From NCBI GenBank assembly GCA_033580375.1, contig GCA_033580375.1_4527.1: DNA of 64,000 nucleotides. One strand, given 5' to 3'. The first letter of the stretch is position 1, and each line of letters begins with the position of its first letter. This document shows positions 14,659 to 25,039 of the stretch, one piece after another. This DNA is from a phage. A program made the translations under genes and the position numbers. The notes beneath the pieces were generated by a model. That model was not told where the DNA came from, did not search any database, and worked only from the letters and a program-made list of their open reading frames with translations.

Positions 14659-16641
14659 ATGGCACTTCTCTCTCCGGGCGTTGAGCTCAAAGAAACTACT
14701 GTACAGAGTACGGTAGTTAATAACTCCACTGGTACTGCTGCCCTGGCTGGAAAATTCCAATGGGGACCTGCGTTCCAGATTAAACAAATCACTGATGAAG
14801 TTGCATTAGTTGATATGTTTGGTACTCCTAATACGGATACAGCAGATTATTTCATGTCTGCTATGAACTTCCTTCAATATGGTAATGACCTTCGTGTTGT
14901 ACGCGCAGTCGACCGTGATACTGCTAAGAACTCATCTCCTGTAGCAGGCAATATTGAATTCACAATCTCTGCTGCTGGTAGTAACTATGCAGTTGGTGAT
15001 AAAATTATCGTTAAGTATTTGTCCGAAACTGTTGAAGCAGATGGTTATGTCACTTCAGTTGATGTCGATGGTAAAATTCTTAACATTTATATCCCAACCG
15101 GTAAAATTATTGCTCGTGCAAAAGAAATTAATGAATATCCGGCATTGGGTTCTAACTGGACCGCCGAAGTTGCCAGTTCTTCTTCTGGACTTTCTGGCGT
15201 TATTACAATTGGTTCTATCGTAACCGATTCGGGTATTCTGTTGACTGAAGTTGAAACTTCAGAAGAAGCTATTACTTCTCTAACTTTCCAAGAATCTATT
15301 AAAAAATATGGTGTCCCGGGTGTAGTTGCTCTTTATCCAGGTGAACTTGGAGACCAGATCGAAATTGAAATCGTATCTAAAGCAGACTATGACAAAGGTG
15401 CTTCAGCCCAGTTAAAAATTTATCCTGATGGTGGTACTCGTGCATCTACTGCTAAAGCAATCTTTGGGTACGGCCCACAGACTGATGACCAATATGCAAT
15501 TATCGTTCGTCGCAACGACGCGGTAGTCCAGAGCGTAGTTCTTTCTACTAAACGTGGTGAACGTGATATTTATGGTAGCAATATCTTCATTGATGATTTC
15601 TTTGCTAAAGGCGCAAGCAATTATATTTTCGCTACGGCACAAGGTTGGCCAAAAGGTTTCTCCGGTGTAATCAAACTGAATGGTGGCTTATCATCTAATG
15701 AAACGGTTGAAGCCGGTGATTTAATGGAAGCTTGGGATTTGTTTGCTGACCGTGAATCGGTTAATGCACAGTTGTTTATTGCTGGTTCTTGTGCTGGTGA
15801 ATCTTTAGAAGTTGCTTCTACAGTTCAGAAACATGTTGTAGCAATTGGTGATTCTCGTCAAGATTGCTTGGTTCTTTGCTCACCGCCACGTGCAACTATA
15901 GTCGGTATTCCTGTTAATCGTGCAGTTGATAATCTGGTTGATTGGCGTACAGCGTCAGGAACTTACACTGATAATAACTTTAATATAAGTTCTACTTATG
16001 CTGCTATTGATGGTAACTATAAATATCAATATGACAAATATAACGATGTGAATCGTTGGGTTCCATTAGCTGCTGATATCGCCGGTCTTTGTGCTCGCAC
16101 AGACAATATTTCTCAGCCTTGGATGTCTCCGGCCGGTTATAACCGTGGGCAAATTCTTAACGTTATTAAGCTTGCAATTGAAACTCGCCAAGCGCAGCGT
16201 GATCGTTTGTATCAGGAAGCTATTAACCCTGTTACTGGTACCGGTGGTGATGGATATGTTCTGTATGGTGATAAAACTGCCACTTCTGTTCCTTCGCCAT
16301 TTGACCGTATTAACGTTCGTCGTTTGTTCAATATGGTTAAAACGAACATTGGTTCGGCATCTAAATATCGCCTGTTTGAATTGAACAACGCATTCACCCG
16401 TTCTTCTTTCCGTACAGAGACTTCTCAATATCTACAGGGTATTAAAGCTCTTGGTGGTGTATATAACTTTAAAGTTGTTTGTGATACCACCAATAACACC
16501 CCAGCAGTTATCGACCGTAATGAATTTGTAGCTACTTTCTACTTACAACCTGCGAGATCGATAAATTATATTACGTTGAACTTTGTAGCAACAGCAACTG
16601 GTGCCGATTTCGACGAACTGATTGGTGCTGTAGGTGGCTAA
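14659..16641 (+). CDS. 18: Tail sheath protein gp18
   Basis: 660 aa versus T4 gp18 659 aa; synteny. Confidence 0.9.
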   Translation: MALLSPGVELKETTVQSTVVNNSTGTAALAGKFQWGPAFQIKQITDEVALVDMFGTPNTDTADYFMSAMNFLQYGNDLRVVRAVDRDTAKNSSPVAGNIEFTISAAGSNYAVGDKIIVKYLSETVEADGYVTSVDVDGKILNIYIPTGKIIARAKEINEYPALGSNWTAEVASSSSGLSGVITIGSIVTDSGILLTEVETSEEAITSLTFQESIKKYGVPGVVALYPGELGDQIEIEIVSKADYDKGASAQLKIYPDGGTRASTAKAIFGYGPQTDDQYAIIVRRNDAVVQSVVLSTKRGERDIYGSNIFIDDFFAKGASNYIFATAQGWPKGFSGVIKLNGGLSSNETVEAGDLMEAWDLFADRESVNAQLFIAGSCAGESLEVASTVQKHVVAIGDSRQDCLVLCSPPRATIVGIPVNRAVDNLVDWRTASGTYTDNNFNISSTYAAIDGNYKYQYDKYNDVNRWVPLAADIAGLCARTDNISQPWMSPAGYNRGQILNVIKLAIETRQAQRDRLYQEAINPVTGTGGDGYVLYGDKTATSVPSPFDRINVRRLFNMVKTNIGSASKYRLFELNNAFTRSSFRTETSQYLQGIKALGGVYNFKVVCDTTNNTPAVIDRNEFVATFYLQPARSINYITLNFVATATGADFDELIGAVGG

Positions 16642-16652
16642 TAAGACGCCTG

Positions 16653-16674
16653 ATGGGCTATTTCGGTAGCCCAT
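16653..16674 (+). terminator. Inverted repeat ATGGGCTA-TTTCGG-TAGCCCAT after gene 18
   Basis: 8 bp stem read directly; first of two ATGGGC...GCCCAT hairpins in the 18-19 intergenic region. Confidence 0.5.
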
Positions 16675-16681
16675 ATAAATA
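16674..16681 (+). promoter_or_regulatory. Late promoter TATAAATA for gene 19
   Basis: Exact TATAAATA in the 18-19 intergenic region. Confidence 0.65.
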
Positions 16682-16707
16682 TACTATATCGTTTAAAAAT
16701 TAATTCT

Positions 16708-16735
16708 ATGGGCATCCGGTTAATCCTAAGCCCAT
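16708..16735 (+). repeat. Second inverted repeat ATGGGC-(16 nt)-GCCCAT in the gene 19 leader
   Basis: 6 bp arms identical to the core of the upstream hairpin; possible leader structure. Confidence 0.4.
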
Positions 16736-16753
16736 ATTACTACAGAGGCTAAT

Positions 16754-17245
16754 ATGTTTGTAGATGACGTAACTCGTGCCTTCGAATCTGGTGATTTCGC
16801 TCGCCCTAACCTGTTCGAAGTAGAAATCTCTTATCTTGGGCAAAACTTTAGCTTCCAGTGTCGTGCTACTGCTCTTCCTGCTGCGATCGTTGAAAAGGTT
16901 CCTGTTTCTTATATGAACCGTAAAATTAACGTGGCCGGTGACCGTACATTCGATGATTGGACTATTACAGTAATGAACGACGATGCTCATAGTATTCGTC
17001 AGAAATTTGTTGATTGGCAAGGTATTGCAGCAGGACAAGGCAATGAAATTACCGGTGGTAAACCTGCTGAATATAAAAAGACTGCTATCGTTCGTCAATT
17101 TGCTCGTGATGCTAAAACGGTCACTAAAGAAGTTGAAATTGTTGGCTTGTGGCCTACTAACGTTGGTGAAGTATCTCTTGACTGGGATTCGAATAACGAG
17201 ATTGAAACGTTCGAAGTAACTCTTGCTCTTGATTGGTGGGAATAA
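16754..17245 (+). CDS. 19: Tail tube protein gp19
   Basis: 163 aa; sequence MFVDDVTRAFESGDFARPNLF... nearly identical to T4 gp19. Confidence 0.95.
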   Translation: MFVDDVTRAFESGDFARPNLFEVEISYLGQNFSFQCRATALPAAIVEKVPVSYMNRKINVAGDRTFDDWTITVMNDDAHSIRQKFVDWQGIAAGQGNEITGGKPAEYKKTAIVRQFARDAKTVTKEVEIVGLWPTNVGEVSLDWDSNNEIETFEVTLALDWWE

Positions 17246-17251
17246 TCTGGT

Positions 17252-17267
17252 TGGGGAGAAATCCCCA
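17252..17267 (+). terminator. Stem-loop TGGGGA-GAAA-TCCCCA after gene 19
   Basis: 6 bp stem with GNRA tetraloop. Confidence 0.5.
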
Positions 17268-17293
17268 GCTTCCCGTGATGACGGAGAAGTCCA

Positions 17294-17301
17294 TATAAAT
17301 A
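17294..17301 (+). promoter_or_regulatory. Late promoter TATAAATA for gene 20
   Basis: Exact TATAAATA ~28 nt upstream of the gene 20 ATG. Confidence 0.7.
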
Positions 17302-17329
17302 TAACTATAATTCCCATTCGGAGAATACA

Positions 17330-18901
17330 ATGAAATTTAATATCTTAAGTTTGTTTGCTCCATGGGCAAAAATGGACGAACGTGATTACAAAGACCAAGA
17401 AAAAGAAAATTTAGAATCGATCACCACACCAAAATTGGACGACGGTGCGAAAGAATACGAAGTATCTGAAAATGAAGCACAGCAAACATATAATGCTATG
17501 TTTCAGAGAATGTTCGGTAGTCAAGAACCAGGGCTCAAATCAACCCGTGAATTAATCGATACGTATCGAAATTTGATGACGAACTATGAAGTGGATAACG
17601 CGGTCTCTGAAATAGTTTCTGATGCTATCGTATATGAAGATGATACAGAAGTCGTTTCTATAAATTTAGACAACACAAAATTTAGTCCAAATATCAAATC
17701 AATGATGTTGGATGAATTTAACGAAGTGTTGAATCATTTATCTTTCCAACGTAAAGGTTCAGATCATTTTAGACGTTGGTATGTGGATTCTCGAATTTTC
17801 TTCCATAAAATTATTGACCCTAAACGCCCTAAAGAAGGTATTAAAGAGCTTCGTCGTTTAGACCCACGTCAAGTTCAATATGTCCGTGAAGTTATTACAA
17901 CCACTGAAGCCGGTGTTAAAATAGTCAAGGGTTATAAAGAATATTTCATTTATGACACATCACACGAATCTTATGCTTGTGACGGTCGCATATATGAAGC
18001 TGGCACAAAAATAAAAATCCCTAAAGCCGCGATTGTTTATGCCCATTCTGGTTTAGTTGATTGTTGTGGTAAAAATATCATTGGTTATTTACATCGGGCT
18101 ATTAAGCCGGCGAACCAATTAAAACTTCTTGAAGATGCCGTCGTAATTTATCGTATTACTCGTGCTCCTGATCGTCGTGTATGGTACGTTGATACAGGTA
18201 ATATGCCTTCAAGAAAAGCAGCAGAACATATGCAACATGTTATGAATACGATGAAAAACCGTATTGCATATGATGCTACTACAGGCAAGATTAAAAACCA
18301 GCAGCATATTATGTCGATGACCGAAGATTATTGGTTACAACGACGTGATGGTAAAGCAGTAACAGAAGTTGATACATTACCAGGTGCAGATAATACCGGA
18401 AATATGGAAGATGTACGTTGGTTCCGTAATGCGCTTTATATGGCTTTACGTATTCCTATTACCCGTATTCCAAGCGACCAAGGTGGTATACAGTTTGATG
18501 CTGGTACTTCTATTACACGAGATGAATTGTCATTTGGTAAATTTATTCGTGAGCTGCAACATAAATTTGAAGAGATATTCCTAGACCCGCTTAAAACTAA
18601 TTTAATTCTTAAAGGAATTATTACAGAAGATGAGTGGAATGATGAAATAAATAATATTAAGATAAAATTTCATCGGGATAGTTATTTCTCGGAATTAAAG
18701 GATGCTGAGATTCTGGAGCGTCGCATTAATATGCTTCAGATGGCCGAACCATTTATTGGTAAATATATTTCCCACAGAACAGCTATGAAAGATATTCTTC
18801 AAATGTCTGACGAGGAAATTGAACAAGAGGCTAAGCAAATTGAAGAAGAGTCGAAAGAGGCTCGTTTCCAAGACCCCGACCAAGAACAAGAGGATTTTTA
18901 A
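17330..18901 (+). CDS. 20: Portal vertex protein gp20
   Basis: 523 aa versus T4 gp20 524 aa; synteny. Confidence 0.9.
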   Translation: MKFNILSLFAPWAKMDERDYKDQEKENLESITTPKLDDGAKEYEVSENEAQQTYNAMFQRMFGSQEPGLKSTRELIDTYRNLMTNYEVDNAVSEIVSDAIVYEDDTEVVSINLDNTKFSPNIKSMMLDEFNEVLNHLSFQRKGSDHFRRWYVDSRIFFHKIIDPKRPKEGIKELRRLDPRQVQYVREVITTTEAGVKIVKGYKEYFIYDTSHESYACDGRIYEAGTKIKIPKAAIVYAHSGLVDCCGKNIIGYLHRAIKPANQLKLLEDAVVIYRITRAPDRRVWYVDTGNMPSRKAAEHMQHVMNTMKNRIAYDATTGKIKNQQHIMSMTEDYWLQRRDGKAVTEVDTLPGADNTGNMEDVRWFRNALYMALRIPITRIPSDQGGIQFDAGTSITRDELSFGKFIRELQHKFEEIFLDPLKTNLILKGIITEDEWNDEINNIKIKFHRDSYFSELKDAEILERRINMLQMAEPFIGKYISHRTAMKDILQMSDEEIEQEAKQIEEESKEARFQDPDQEQEDF

Positions 18902-19137
18902 TGGACGATTTAATTCAAGCTATTAAATCAAACGACCTCGTTGCTACTCGAAAGTTTTTTGAAAGTGCAATGGCAGAAAAAACGGTTCGTTTGATTGAAG
19001 CACGCAAAGCAGAAATCGCTTCTCAATTTTTGATTGAAGGCGAAGAACCTGAAGAAGAAGAAAATAAAGCTAAAGCTTCGGAAGACGACGCTGATGAAGG
19101 CGATGACGACGAAGACGAAGATGAGGACGATGAATAA
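18901..19137 (+). CDS. 67: Prohead core protein gp67 (acidic)
   Basis: 78 aa with extremely acidic C-terminal D/E tail; position after gene 20. Confidence 0.8.
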   Translation: MDDLIQAIKSNDLVATRKFFESAMAEKTVRLIEARKAEIASQFLIEGEEPEEEENKAKASEDDADEGDDDEDEDEDDE

Positions 19138-19562
19138 TGTATCTTATCCCTGAATCTTATGAATTGGTACTCGAAAATGTCGAAGCACTTATTCCTGAAG
19201 CACAGGGCCGAATCGATGCATTGTCTTCTGCTCTCGATATTGACGATATAAATACTATTATCGAGAACATGCTTGAAACTGAAACGGATTTAGCTGTTGC
19301 AATGGCTTCCATTATTAATGAAGAACAGTTAAATGAGTTTATCGTTAAACATGTTTCTTCTCGTGGTGAAGTCACCCGCACTAAAGACCGTAAAACTCGT
19401 GAACGTAACGCGTTCCAAACAACCGGTCTTTCTAAAGCAAAACGTAGACAAATCGCTCGTAAGGTCGTTAAAGCTAAAAAAGCTAACCCTTCAGGCCAAG
19501 TTAAAGGCATGCGTAAGCGTAAAAAAGCTCTTAAACGTCGTAAAGCATTAGGATTAAGCTAA
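19137..19562 (+). CDS. 68: Prohead core protein gp68
   Basis: 141 aa with basic C-terminus; position between 67 and 21. Confidence 0.8.
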   Translation: MYLIPESYELVLENVEALIPEAQGRIDALSSALDIDDINTIIENMLETETDLAVAMASIINEEQLNEFIVKHVSSRGEVTRTKDRKTRERNAFQTTGLSKAKRRQIARKVVKAKKANPSGQVKGMRKRKKALKRRKALGLS

Positions 19563-20203
19563 TGAATAAACCCGAGTTACTTATTGAAACTTGGGGTCAA
19601 CCCGGTGAGATTATTGATGGCGTTCCAATGTTGGAATCTCATGATGGAAAAGATTCTGGCTTAAAACCAGGGCTTTATATAGAAGGTATTTTTCTTCAGG
19701 CAGAGGTTGTTAACCGAAATAAACGTTTATATCCTAAACATGTTTTGGAAAAAGCCGTAAGCGATTATATTAAAGAACAAGTCGCAACCAAACAAGCCCT
19801 TGGAGAATTAAATCATCCACCTCGTGCAAATGTTGACCCTATGCAAGCCGCTATCATTATTGAAGATATGTGGTGGAAAGGAAACGATGTATATGGACGT
19901 GCTAGAATTATTGAAGGTGACCATGGCCCCGGCGATAAATTAGCTGCTAATATACGAGCTGGTTGGATTCCAGGTGTTTCCTCTCGTGGTCTTGGTTCTT
20001 TAACCGACACCAATAAAGGGTACCGTATCGTGAACGAAGGATTTAAATTAACCGTCGGTGTAGATGCCGTATGGGGTCCTTCTGCTCCAGATGCTTGGGT
20101 TACTCCTAAACAAATATCAGAATCAGAAAATTCGGTGGAAATCACCAAAAACAGTGCTGATGAAGCATTTAAAGCTCTCGCAGAGAGTTTAAAAGCATTA
20201 TAA
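19562..20203 (+). CDS. 21: Prohead protease gp21
   Basis: 213 aa versus T4 gp21 212 aa; synteny. Confidence 0.85.
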   Translation: MNKPELLIETWGQPGEIIDGVPMLESHDGKDSGLKPGLYIEGIFLQAEVVNRNKRLYPKHVLEKAVSDYIKEQVATKQALGELNHPPRANVDPMQAAIIIEDMWWKGNDVYGRARIIEGDHGPGDKLAANIRAGWIPGVSSRGLGSLTDTNKGYRIVNEGFKLTVGVDAVWGPSAPDAWVTPKQISESENSVEITKNSADEAFKALAESLKAL

Positions 20204-20206
20204 ATA
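20199..20206 (+). promoter_or_regulatory. Late promoter TATAAATA for gene 22
   Basis: Exact TATAAATA overlapping the gene 21 stop. Confidence 0.65.
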
Positions 20207-20236
20207 ATAATGTAATCTAAACCACAGGACACTAAA

Positions 20237-21049
20237 ATGATCAAAGAACAACTTTTGAAAGAAGCTCAGAATATCGAGACTTCAGTTGCTCTTAATAGTG
20301 TTTTCGAATCAGTAGAACTGTCTCCGGACGTTAAAGCTAATTTCAGCACTGTATTCGAAGCCACCGTTAAGCAGGAAGCAGTCAAACTAGCTGAATCTCA
20401 TATCAAAGCTATCGCCGAAAAAGCCGAAGAAGAAGTTGAAAAGGCTAAAGAAGATGCTGAAGAGAAAGCTGATAAAAAATTGGCTGAACAAGCTTCTAAA
20501 TTCCTGGACCATCTTGCAAAAGAATGGCTCGCAGAAAACCAAATCGCAGTTGATAAAGGCATTAAAGCTGATTTGTTCGAATCCATGCTTGGTGGTCTGA
20601 AAGAACTGTTTGTTGAACATAACGTTGTTGTTCCAGAAGAATCTGTAGATGTTGTAGCAGAAATGGAAGAAGAGCTGGCCGAACATAAAGAAGAAACCGC
20701 TCGTTTGTTCGAAGAAGTTACCAAACGTGATGCATATATCAATTACGTTCAGCGTGAAACCGCTATTAATGAAAGCGTAAAAGACCTGACTGAATCTCAG
20801 AAAGAAAAAGTTATTGGCCTGGTTGAAGGTATGGATTATTCTGACGCATTTGGTACTAAGTTAACTGCTATTGTAGAAATGGTTAAAGGTTCTACTAAAG
20901 AAGAAGCCGCTATTACCGAAAGTATAAATACAGTTGACAATGACGCTGCCGGTCTTAATTTTGTCGCCGAAGCAGTTGACACTACCACAACTCAGGTAGA
21001 ACAGAATTCTAATGTAAGTTTATATGCGAAAGTCGCATCTCGTTTCTAA
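20237..21049 (+). CDS. 22: Prohead scaffold core protein gp22
   Basis: 270 aa, coiled-coil-rich and E/K-rich; T4 gp22 is 269 aa. Confidence 0.85.
   Translation: MIKEQLLKEAQNIETSVALNSVFESVELSPDVKANFSTVFEATVKQEAVKLAESHIKAIAEKAEEEVEKAKEDAEEKADKKLAEQASKFLDHLAKEWLAENQIAVDKGIKADLFESMLGGLKELFVEHNVVVPEESVDVVAEMEEELAEHKEETARLFEEVTKRDAYINYVQRETAINESVKDLTESQKEKVIGLVEGMDYSDAFGTKLTAIVEMVKGSTKEEAAITESINTVDNDAAGLNFVAEAVDTTTTQVEQNSNVSLYAKVASRF
20923..20930 (+). promoter_or_regulatory. Late promoter TATAAATA for gene 23, inside the 3' end of gene 22
   Basis: Exact TATAAATA ~137 nt upstream of gene 23. Confidence 0.6.
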
Positions 21050-21066
21050 TTTAAAGGTTAACACAA

Positions 21067-22635
21067 ATGACTACTATCAAAACTAAAGCTCAGCTCGTAG
21101 ACAAATGGAAAGAACTGCTGGAAGGTGAAGGCCTGCCGGAAATCGCTAATAGCAAGCAGGCTATTATCGCTAAAATCTTTGAAAACCAGGAAAAAGATTT
21201 CGAAGTATCCCCTGAATATAAAGACGAGAAAATCGCTCAGGCATTTGGTTCTTTCTTGACCGAAGCTGAAATTGGTGGTGACCACGGTTATAATGCTCAG
21301 AACATCGCAGCAGGTCAAACCTCTGGTGCAGTAACCCAAATTGGGCCGGCAGTTATGGGTATGGTTCGTCGTGCTATTCCTAATCTGATCGCTTTTGATA
21401 TTTGTGGTGTTCAGCCTATGAACAGCCCGACCGGTCAGGTATTTGCTCTCCGTGCAGTATATGGTAAAGACCCTATCGCTGCTGGCGCTAAAGAAGCTTT
21501 CCATCCGATGTATGCCCCAGACGCGATGTTCTCTGGTCAGGGTGCTGCTAAGAAATTCCCAGCTCTGGCTGCTGACACTACTACCGTTGTAGGTGATATC
21601 TATACTCACTTCTTCCAAGAAACTGGTACTGTATATCTGCAAGCTTCTGCTATCGTAACACTTGATTCTAGTGCAACTGATGCAGCTAAATTAGATGCAG
21701 AAGTTAAGAAACAAATGGAAGCAGGTGCACTGGTAGAAATCGCTGAAGGTATGGCTACTTCTATCGCTGAACTCCAGGAAGGTTTCAACGGTTCTACCGA
21801 TAACCCGTGGAATGAAATGGGCTTCCGTATCGATAAACAAGTTATCGAAGCTAAATCTCGCCAGCTGAAAGCTGCTTACTCTATCGAATTAGCACAAGAC
21901 CTCCGTGCAGTACACGGTATGGATGCTGATGCTGAACTGAGCGGTATTCTGGCTACAGAAATTATGCTAGAAATCAACCGTGAAGTTGTTGATTGGATTA
22001 ACTACTCAGCACAGGTTGGTAAATCTGGTATGACCCTGACTCCGGGTTCTAAAGCTGGTGTATTTGACTTCCAGGACCCGATTGATATCCGTGGTGCTCG
22101 TTGGGCCGGTGAAAGCTTTAAATCTCTGTTGTTCCAGATTGATAAAGAAGCAGTTGAAATTGCTCGTCAAACCGGTCGTGGTGAAGGTAACTTCATTATC
22201 GCTTCCCGTAACGTAGTTAACGTACTGGCTTCAGTTGATACTGGTATTTCTTACGCTGCACAGGGCCTGGCTTCTGGTTTTAATACCGACACTACTAAGT
22301 CCGTATTTGCCGGTGTACTTGGTGGTAAATACCGCGTATACATCGACCAGTATGCTAAACAGGATTACTTCACCGTTGGTTATAAAGGCGCTAACGAAAT
22401 GGATGCAGGTATTTACTACGCTCCTTACGTTGCACTTACCCCACTGCGTGGTTCCGATCCTAAGAACTTCCAGCCGGTAATGGGCTTTAAAACTCGTTAC
22501 GGTATCGGTGTTAACCCGTTTGCTGAAAGTTCCCTGCAGGCTCCAGGTGCTCGCATCCAGTCCGGTATGCCATCTATCCTGAACAGCCTTGGTAAGAACG
22601 CTTACTTTAGACGCGTCTACGTTAAAGGAATTTAA
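21067..22635 (+). CDS. 23: Major capsid protein gp23
   Basis: 522 aa; sequence MTIKTKA...RRVYVKGI almost identical to T4 gp23. Confidence 0.97.
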   Translation: MTTIKTKAQLVDKWKELLEGEGLPEIANSKQAIIAKIFENQEKDFEVSPEYKDEKIAQAFGSFLTEAEIGGDHGYNAQNIAAGQTSGAVTQIGPAVMGMVRRAIPNLIAFDICGVQPMNSPTGQVFALRAVYGKDPIAAGAKEAFHPMYAPDAMFSGQGAAKKFPALAADTTTVVGDIYTHFFQETGTVYLQASAIVTLDSSATDAAKLDAEVKKQMEAGALVEIAEGMATSIAELQEGFNGSTDNPWNEMGFRIDKQVIEAKSRQLKAAYSIELAQDLRAVHGMDADAELSGILATEIMLEINREVVDWINYSAQVGKSGMTLTPGSKAGVFDFQDPIDIRGARWAGESFKSLLFQIDKEAVEIARQTGRGEGNFIIASRNVVNVLASVDTGISYAAQGLASGFNTDTTKSVFAGVLGGKYRVYIDQYAKQDYFTVGYKGANEMDAGIYYAPYVALTPLRGSDPKNFQPVMGFKTRYGIGVNPFAESSLQAPGARIQSGMPSILNSLGKNAYFRRVYVKGI

Positions 22636-22664
22636 TGCTTTAACGTTAAAATACATAACCTTAT

Positions 22665-22682
22665 GGGAGACTCCGGTCTCCC
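22665..22682. terminator. Bidirectional stem-loop GGGAGAC-TCCG-GTCTCCC between convergent gene 23 and the GIY-YIG gene
   Basis: Perfect 7 bp stem; same hairpin family as 3313, 46145 and 62229. Confidence 0.6.
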
Positions 22683-22692
22683 ATTCTTGTTT

Positions 22693-23352
22693 CTATAGCT
22701 TAAAACAATCATCGCGTTCATTAATCCAATTTCTTATAGTTTTTGCGGATACGTTAAAGAATTCGGCAGCGTAATCGTAGTGGTTAAATTCATGACCTTT
22801 AATAGAAATATCCACAAATACAAATTTCTTACCTTTATTAGAATTCTTTCTAATTTTTGCTTTATGCTCTTCTGATAGTTTTCTACCTTTAAGATGAGAA
22901 TCTCTATTTTTATAAAACTTTTTATTTGCTATAGATTTGTTTTCTCGATGTTCTTTAGATTCTTTAGAACCTAATTTCTTTTTAGATATTTTGGCCCGAA
23001 CTTCTTCAGTCATACCAGCTTTTGTCTTTTCGGATAACATCTCACGATACCCAGGTTCCTGTAAAGCTACTATAACAGGATTACCCTTGCCGCCTAAGGC
23101 TGCATTATAAGTATCTGTTCTCATGACAAAAGCCTCGTCAACTAGTTCGGCTTCCTTAGCATACATCTCTTCAGATGTTTCGAAATTGAAAAGGATTTCC
23201 TTTTTAAAATTCTCTAAGCCGTATTTCTTTATGGATTTTACTATGTTAACCCCGGAACCCATATAAGAATCGTTAACATCTGTAGTGGCATGGGCTCCAA
23301 CATAAATCTTGTTATTAATGAGATTGGTTATTTTGTAAATTAAATAATTCAT
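22693..23352 (-). mobile_element. Free-standing GIY-YIG homing endonuclease (Seg-like, at the T4 segD position between 23 and 24)
   Basis: 219 aa; N-terminal GIY-YIG module (YLIYKITNLINNKIYVGAHATT...YMGSG); basic C-terminal domain. Confidence 0.8.
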
Positions 23353-23355
23353 ATT

Positions 23356-23622
23356 TTACGCTGCTTTGACACGACGGTTGATGATATCACGGAAGTCAAT
23401 ACGATTTTCTTGGATTTTCAGCCAGTTACCAGATTTGTCTTTGGTATGGGTAGAATATTCACCGTTCCACCAGAAGTCAGTTTCATAAGCCAGGGCTTCG
23501 TATTTCTTAACCAATGCATTAACTGCATTACCGTTAGGATTGGTACCAAATTTTTCTACCAGAGCTTTGATGTCTTTGTCAAGGTTAGAAAGTGTGGTAC
23601 GGATAAAGTTTAATTTGTTCAT
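23356..23622 (-). CDS. Hypothetical protein (88 aa)
   Basis: Track ORF trimmed to the ATG at 23622, preceded by AGGAG and an early-promoter cassette; the N-terminal extension would overlap the promoter. Confidence 0.5.
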   Translation of the reverse strand: MNKLNFIRTTLSNLDKDIKALVEKFGTNPNGNAVNALVKKYEALAYETDFWWNGEYSTHTKDKSGNWLKIQENRIDFRDIINRRVKAA

Positions 23623-23651
23623 TTTTAATCTCCTCATGTTTTGATAGGTCT

Positions 23652-23681
23652 ATAGTATCACGACGCTTTTTGTGTGTAAAC
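23652..23681 (-). promoter_or_regulatory. Early-type promoter (GTTTAC -35, TACTAT -10) for ORF 23356..23622
   Basis: On the - strand GTTTAC-N18-TACTAT, followed by the conserved ATCAAAACATGAGGAG leader. Confidence 0.55.
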
Positions 23682-23687
23682 CACTTT

Positions 23688-23695
23688 TATAAATA
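23688..23695 (+). promoter_or_regulatory. Late promoter TATAAATA for gene 24
   Basis: Exact TATAAATA ~30 nt upstream of the gene 24 ATG. Confidence 0.7.
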
Positions 23696-23724
23696 AAATT
23701 ATATTCTCAATAAGGAAAAATGCA

Positions 23725-25008
23725 ATGAGTAAAATCCAAAAATTATTGCGTGAATCTACAACGTCTACTAGCAACTCAATCGGTCGCCCAAATCTCGTTG
23801 CTTTGACTCGCGCTACGACTAAATTAATATATTCTGACATTGTGGCAACACAAAGAACTAATCAACCTGTTGCTGCTTTTTATGGTATTAAATATCTTAA
23901 CCCAGACAACGAATTAACATTTAAAACTGGTGCTACTTATGCAGGTGAAGCTGGATATGTAGACCGAGAAAAAATTACTGAGCTCACAGAAGAATCAAAA
24001 GCCACACTAAATAAAGGTGATTTTTTCAAATATAATAATATCGTCTATAAAGTGTTAGAAGATACACCGTTTGCAGATATTCAGGAAAGTGATCTAGAAT
24101 TAGCTCTTCAGATTGCGGTCGTTCATTTAAAGGTACGGTTATTTTCGGATGCAGCGGTAACAAGCAAATTTGAAAGCTCTGGTAGCGAAATTTCTGATGC
24201 AAGATTCCAGATTAATAAATGGCAAACTTCAGTCAAATCTCGTAAACTTAAAACCGGTCTCACGGTTGAATTAGCACAAGATTTGGAAGCGAATGGATTT
24301 GATGCCCCTAACTTCTTAGAAGATTTGCTTGCTACTGAAATGGCTGATGAAATTAATAAAGATATTCTTCAGTCTTTAATTACTGTATCGAAACGTTATA
24401 AAGTTACTGGAATTACTGACACTGGATTTATTGACTTGAGCTATGCATCCGCTCCGGAAGCAGGTCGTTCGTTATATCGAATGGTGTGTGAAATGGTATC
24501 GCACATTCAAAAAGAGTCAACTTATACTGCAACGTTTTGCGTAGCTTCAGCTCGTGCAGCTGCTATTCTTGCTGCTTCCGGTTGGTTAAAACATAAACCA
24601 GAAGATGATAAGTATCTTTCACAAAATGCTTACGGGTTCTTAGCTAATGGTTTACCGCTTTATTGCGATACTAACAGCCCATTAGATTATGTGATCGTTG
24701 GCGTAGTAGAAAATATTGGTGAAAAAGAAATTGTTGGATCAATTTTCTATGCTCCGTATACAGAAGGTCTCGACTTAGACGACCCTGAACATGTTGGTGC
24801 ATTTAAAGTTGTAGTTGATCCAGAAAGCTTGCAGCCGTCTATTGGTTTATTGGTTAGATATGCTTTATCTGCGAATCCTTACACAGTAGCAAAAGATGAA
24901 AAAGAAGCGAGAGTAATTGATGGTGGGGACATGGATAAAATGGCAGGACGTTCAGACTTGTCTGTTTTACTCGGTGTTAAATTGCCTAAAATTATTATAG
25001 ATGAATAA
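23725..25008 (+). CDS. 24: Capsid vertex protein gp24
   Basis: 427 aa as in T4 gp24; gp23 paralogue at the expected position. Confidence 0.9.
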   Translation: MSKIQKLLRESTTSTSNSIGRPNLVALTRATTKLIYSDIVATQRTNQPVAAFYGIKYLNPDNELTFKTGATYAGEAGYVDREKITELTEESKATLNKGDFFKYNNIVYKVLEDTPFADIQESDLELALQIAVVHLKVRLFSDAAVTSKFESSGSEISDARFQINKWQTSVKSRKLKTGLTVELAQDLEANGFDAPNFLEDLLATEMADEINKDILQSLITVSKRYKVTGITDTGFIDLSYASAPEAGRSLYRMVCEMVSHIQKESTYTATFCVASARAAAILAASGWLKHKPEDDKYLSQNAYGFLANGLPLYCDTNSPLDYVIVGVVENIGEKEIVGSIFYAPYTEGLDLDDPEHVGAFKVVVDPESLQPSIGLLVRYALSANPYTVAKDEKEARVIDGGDMDKMAGRSDLSVLLGVKLPKIIIDE

Positions 25009-25016
25009 ACGAAAAA

Positions 25017-25032
25017 GGGACCGTAAGGTCCC
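25017..25032. terminator. Bidirectional terminator AAAAA-GGGACC-GTAA-GGTCCC-TTTTT between convergent 24 and rnlB
   Basis: 6 bp GC stem flanked by A5 and T5 tracts. Confidence 0.7.
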
Positions 25033-25039
25033 TTTTTCG

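Noticed and set aside
19020-19137. GAA/GAC/GAT-rich repetitive stretch
   Set aside because: It is the coding sequence for the acidic C-terminal tail of prohead core protein gp67, not a non-coding repeat element.
16066-22656. Multiple 60-220 aa ORFs in the track antisense to genes 18, 19, 20, 22 and 23 (e.g. 16066..16428, 16706..17317, 20398..20742, 21058..21642, 22231..22656)
   Set aside because: They lie entirely inside highly conserved structural genes on the opposite strand, lack RBS and promoters, and have biased low-complexity translations typical of antisense frames.
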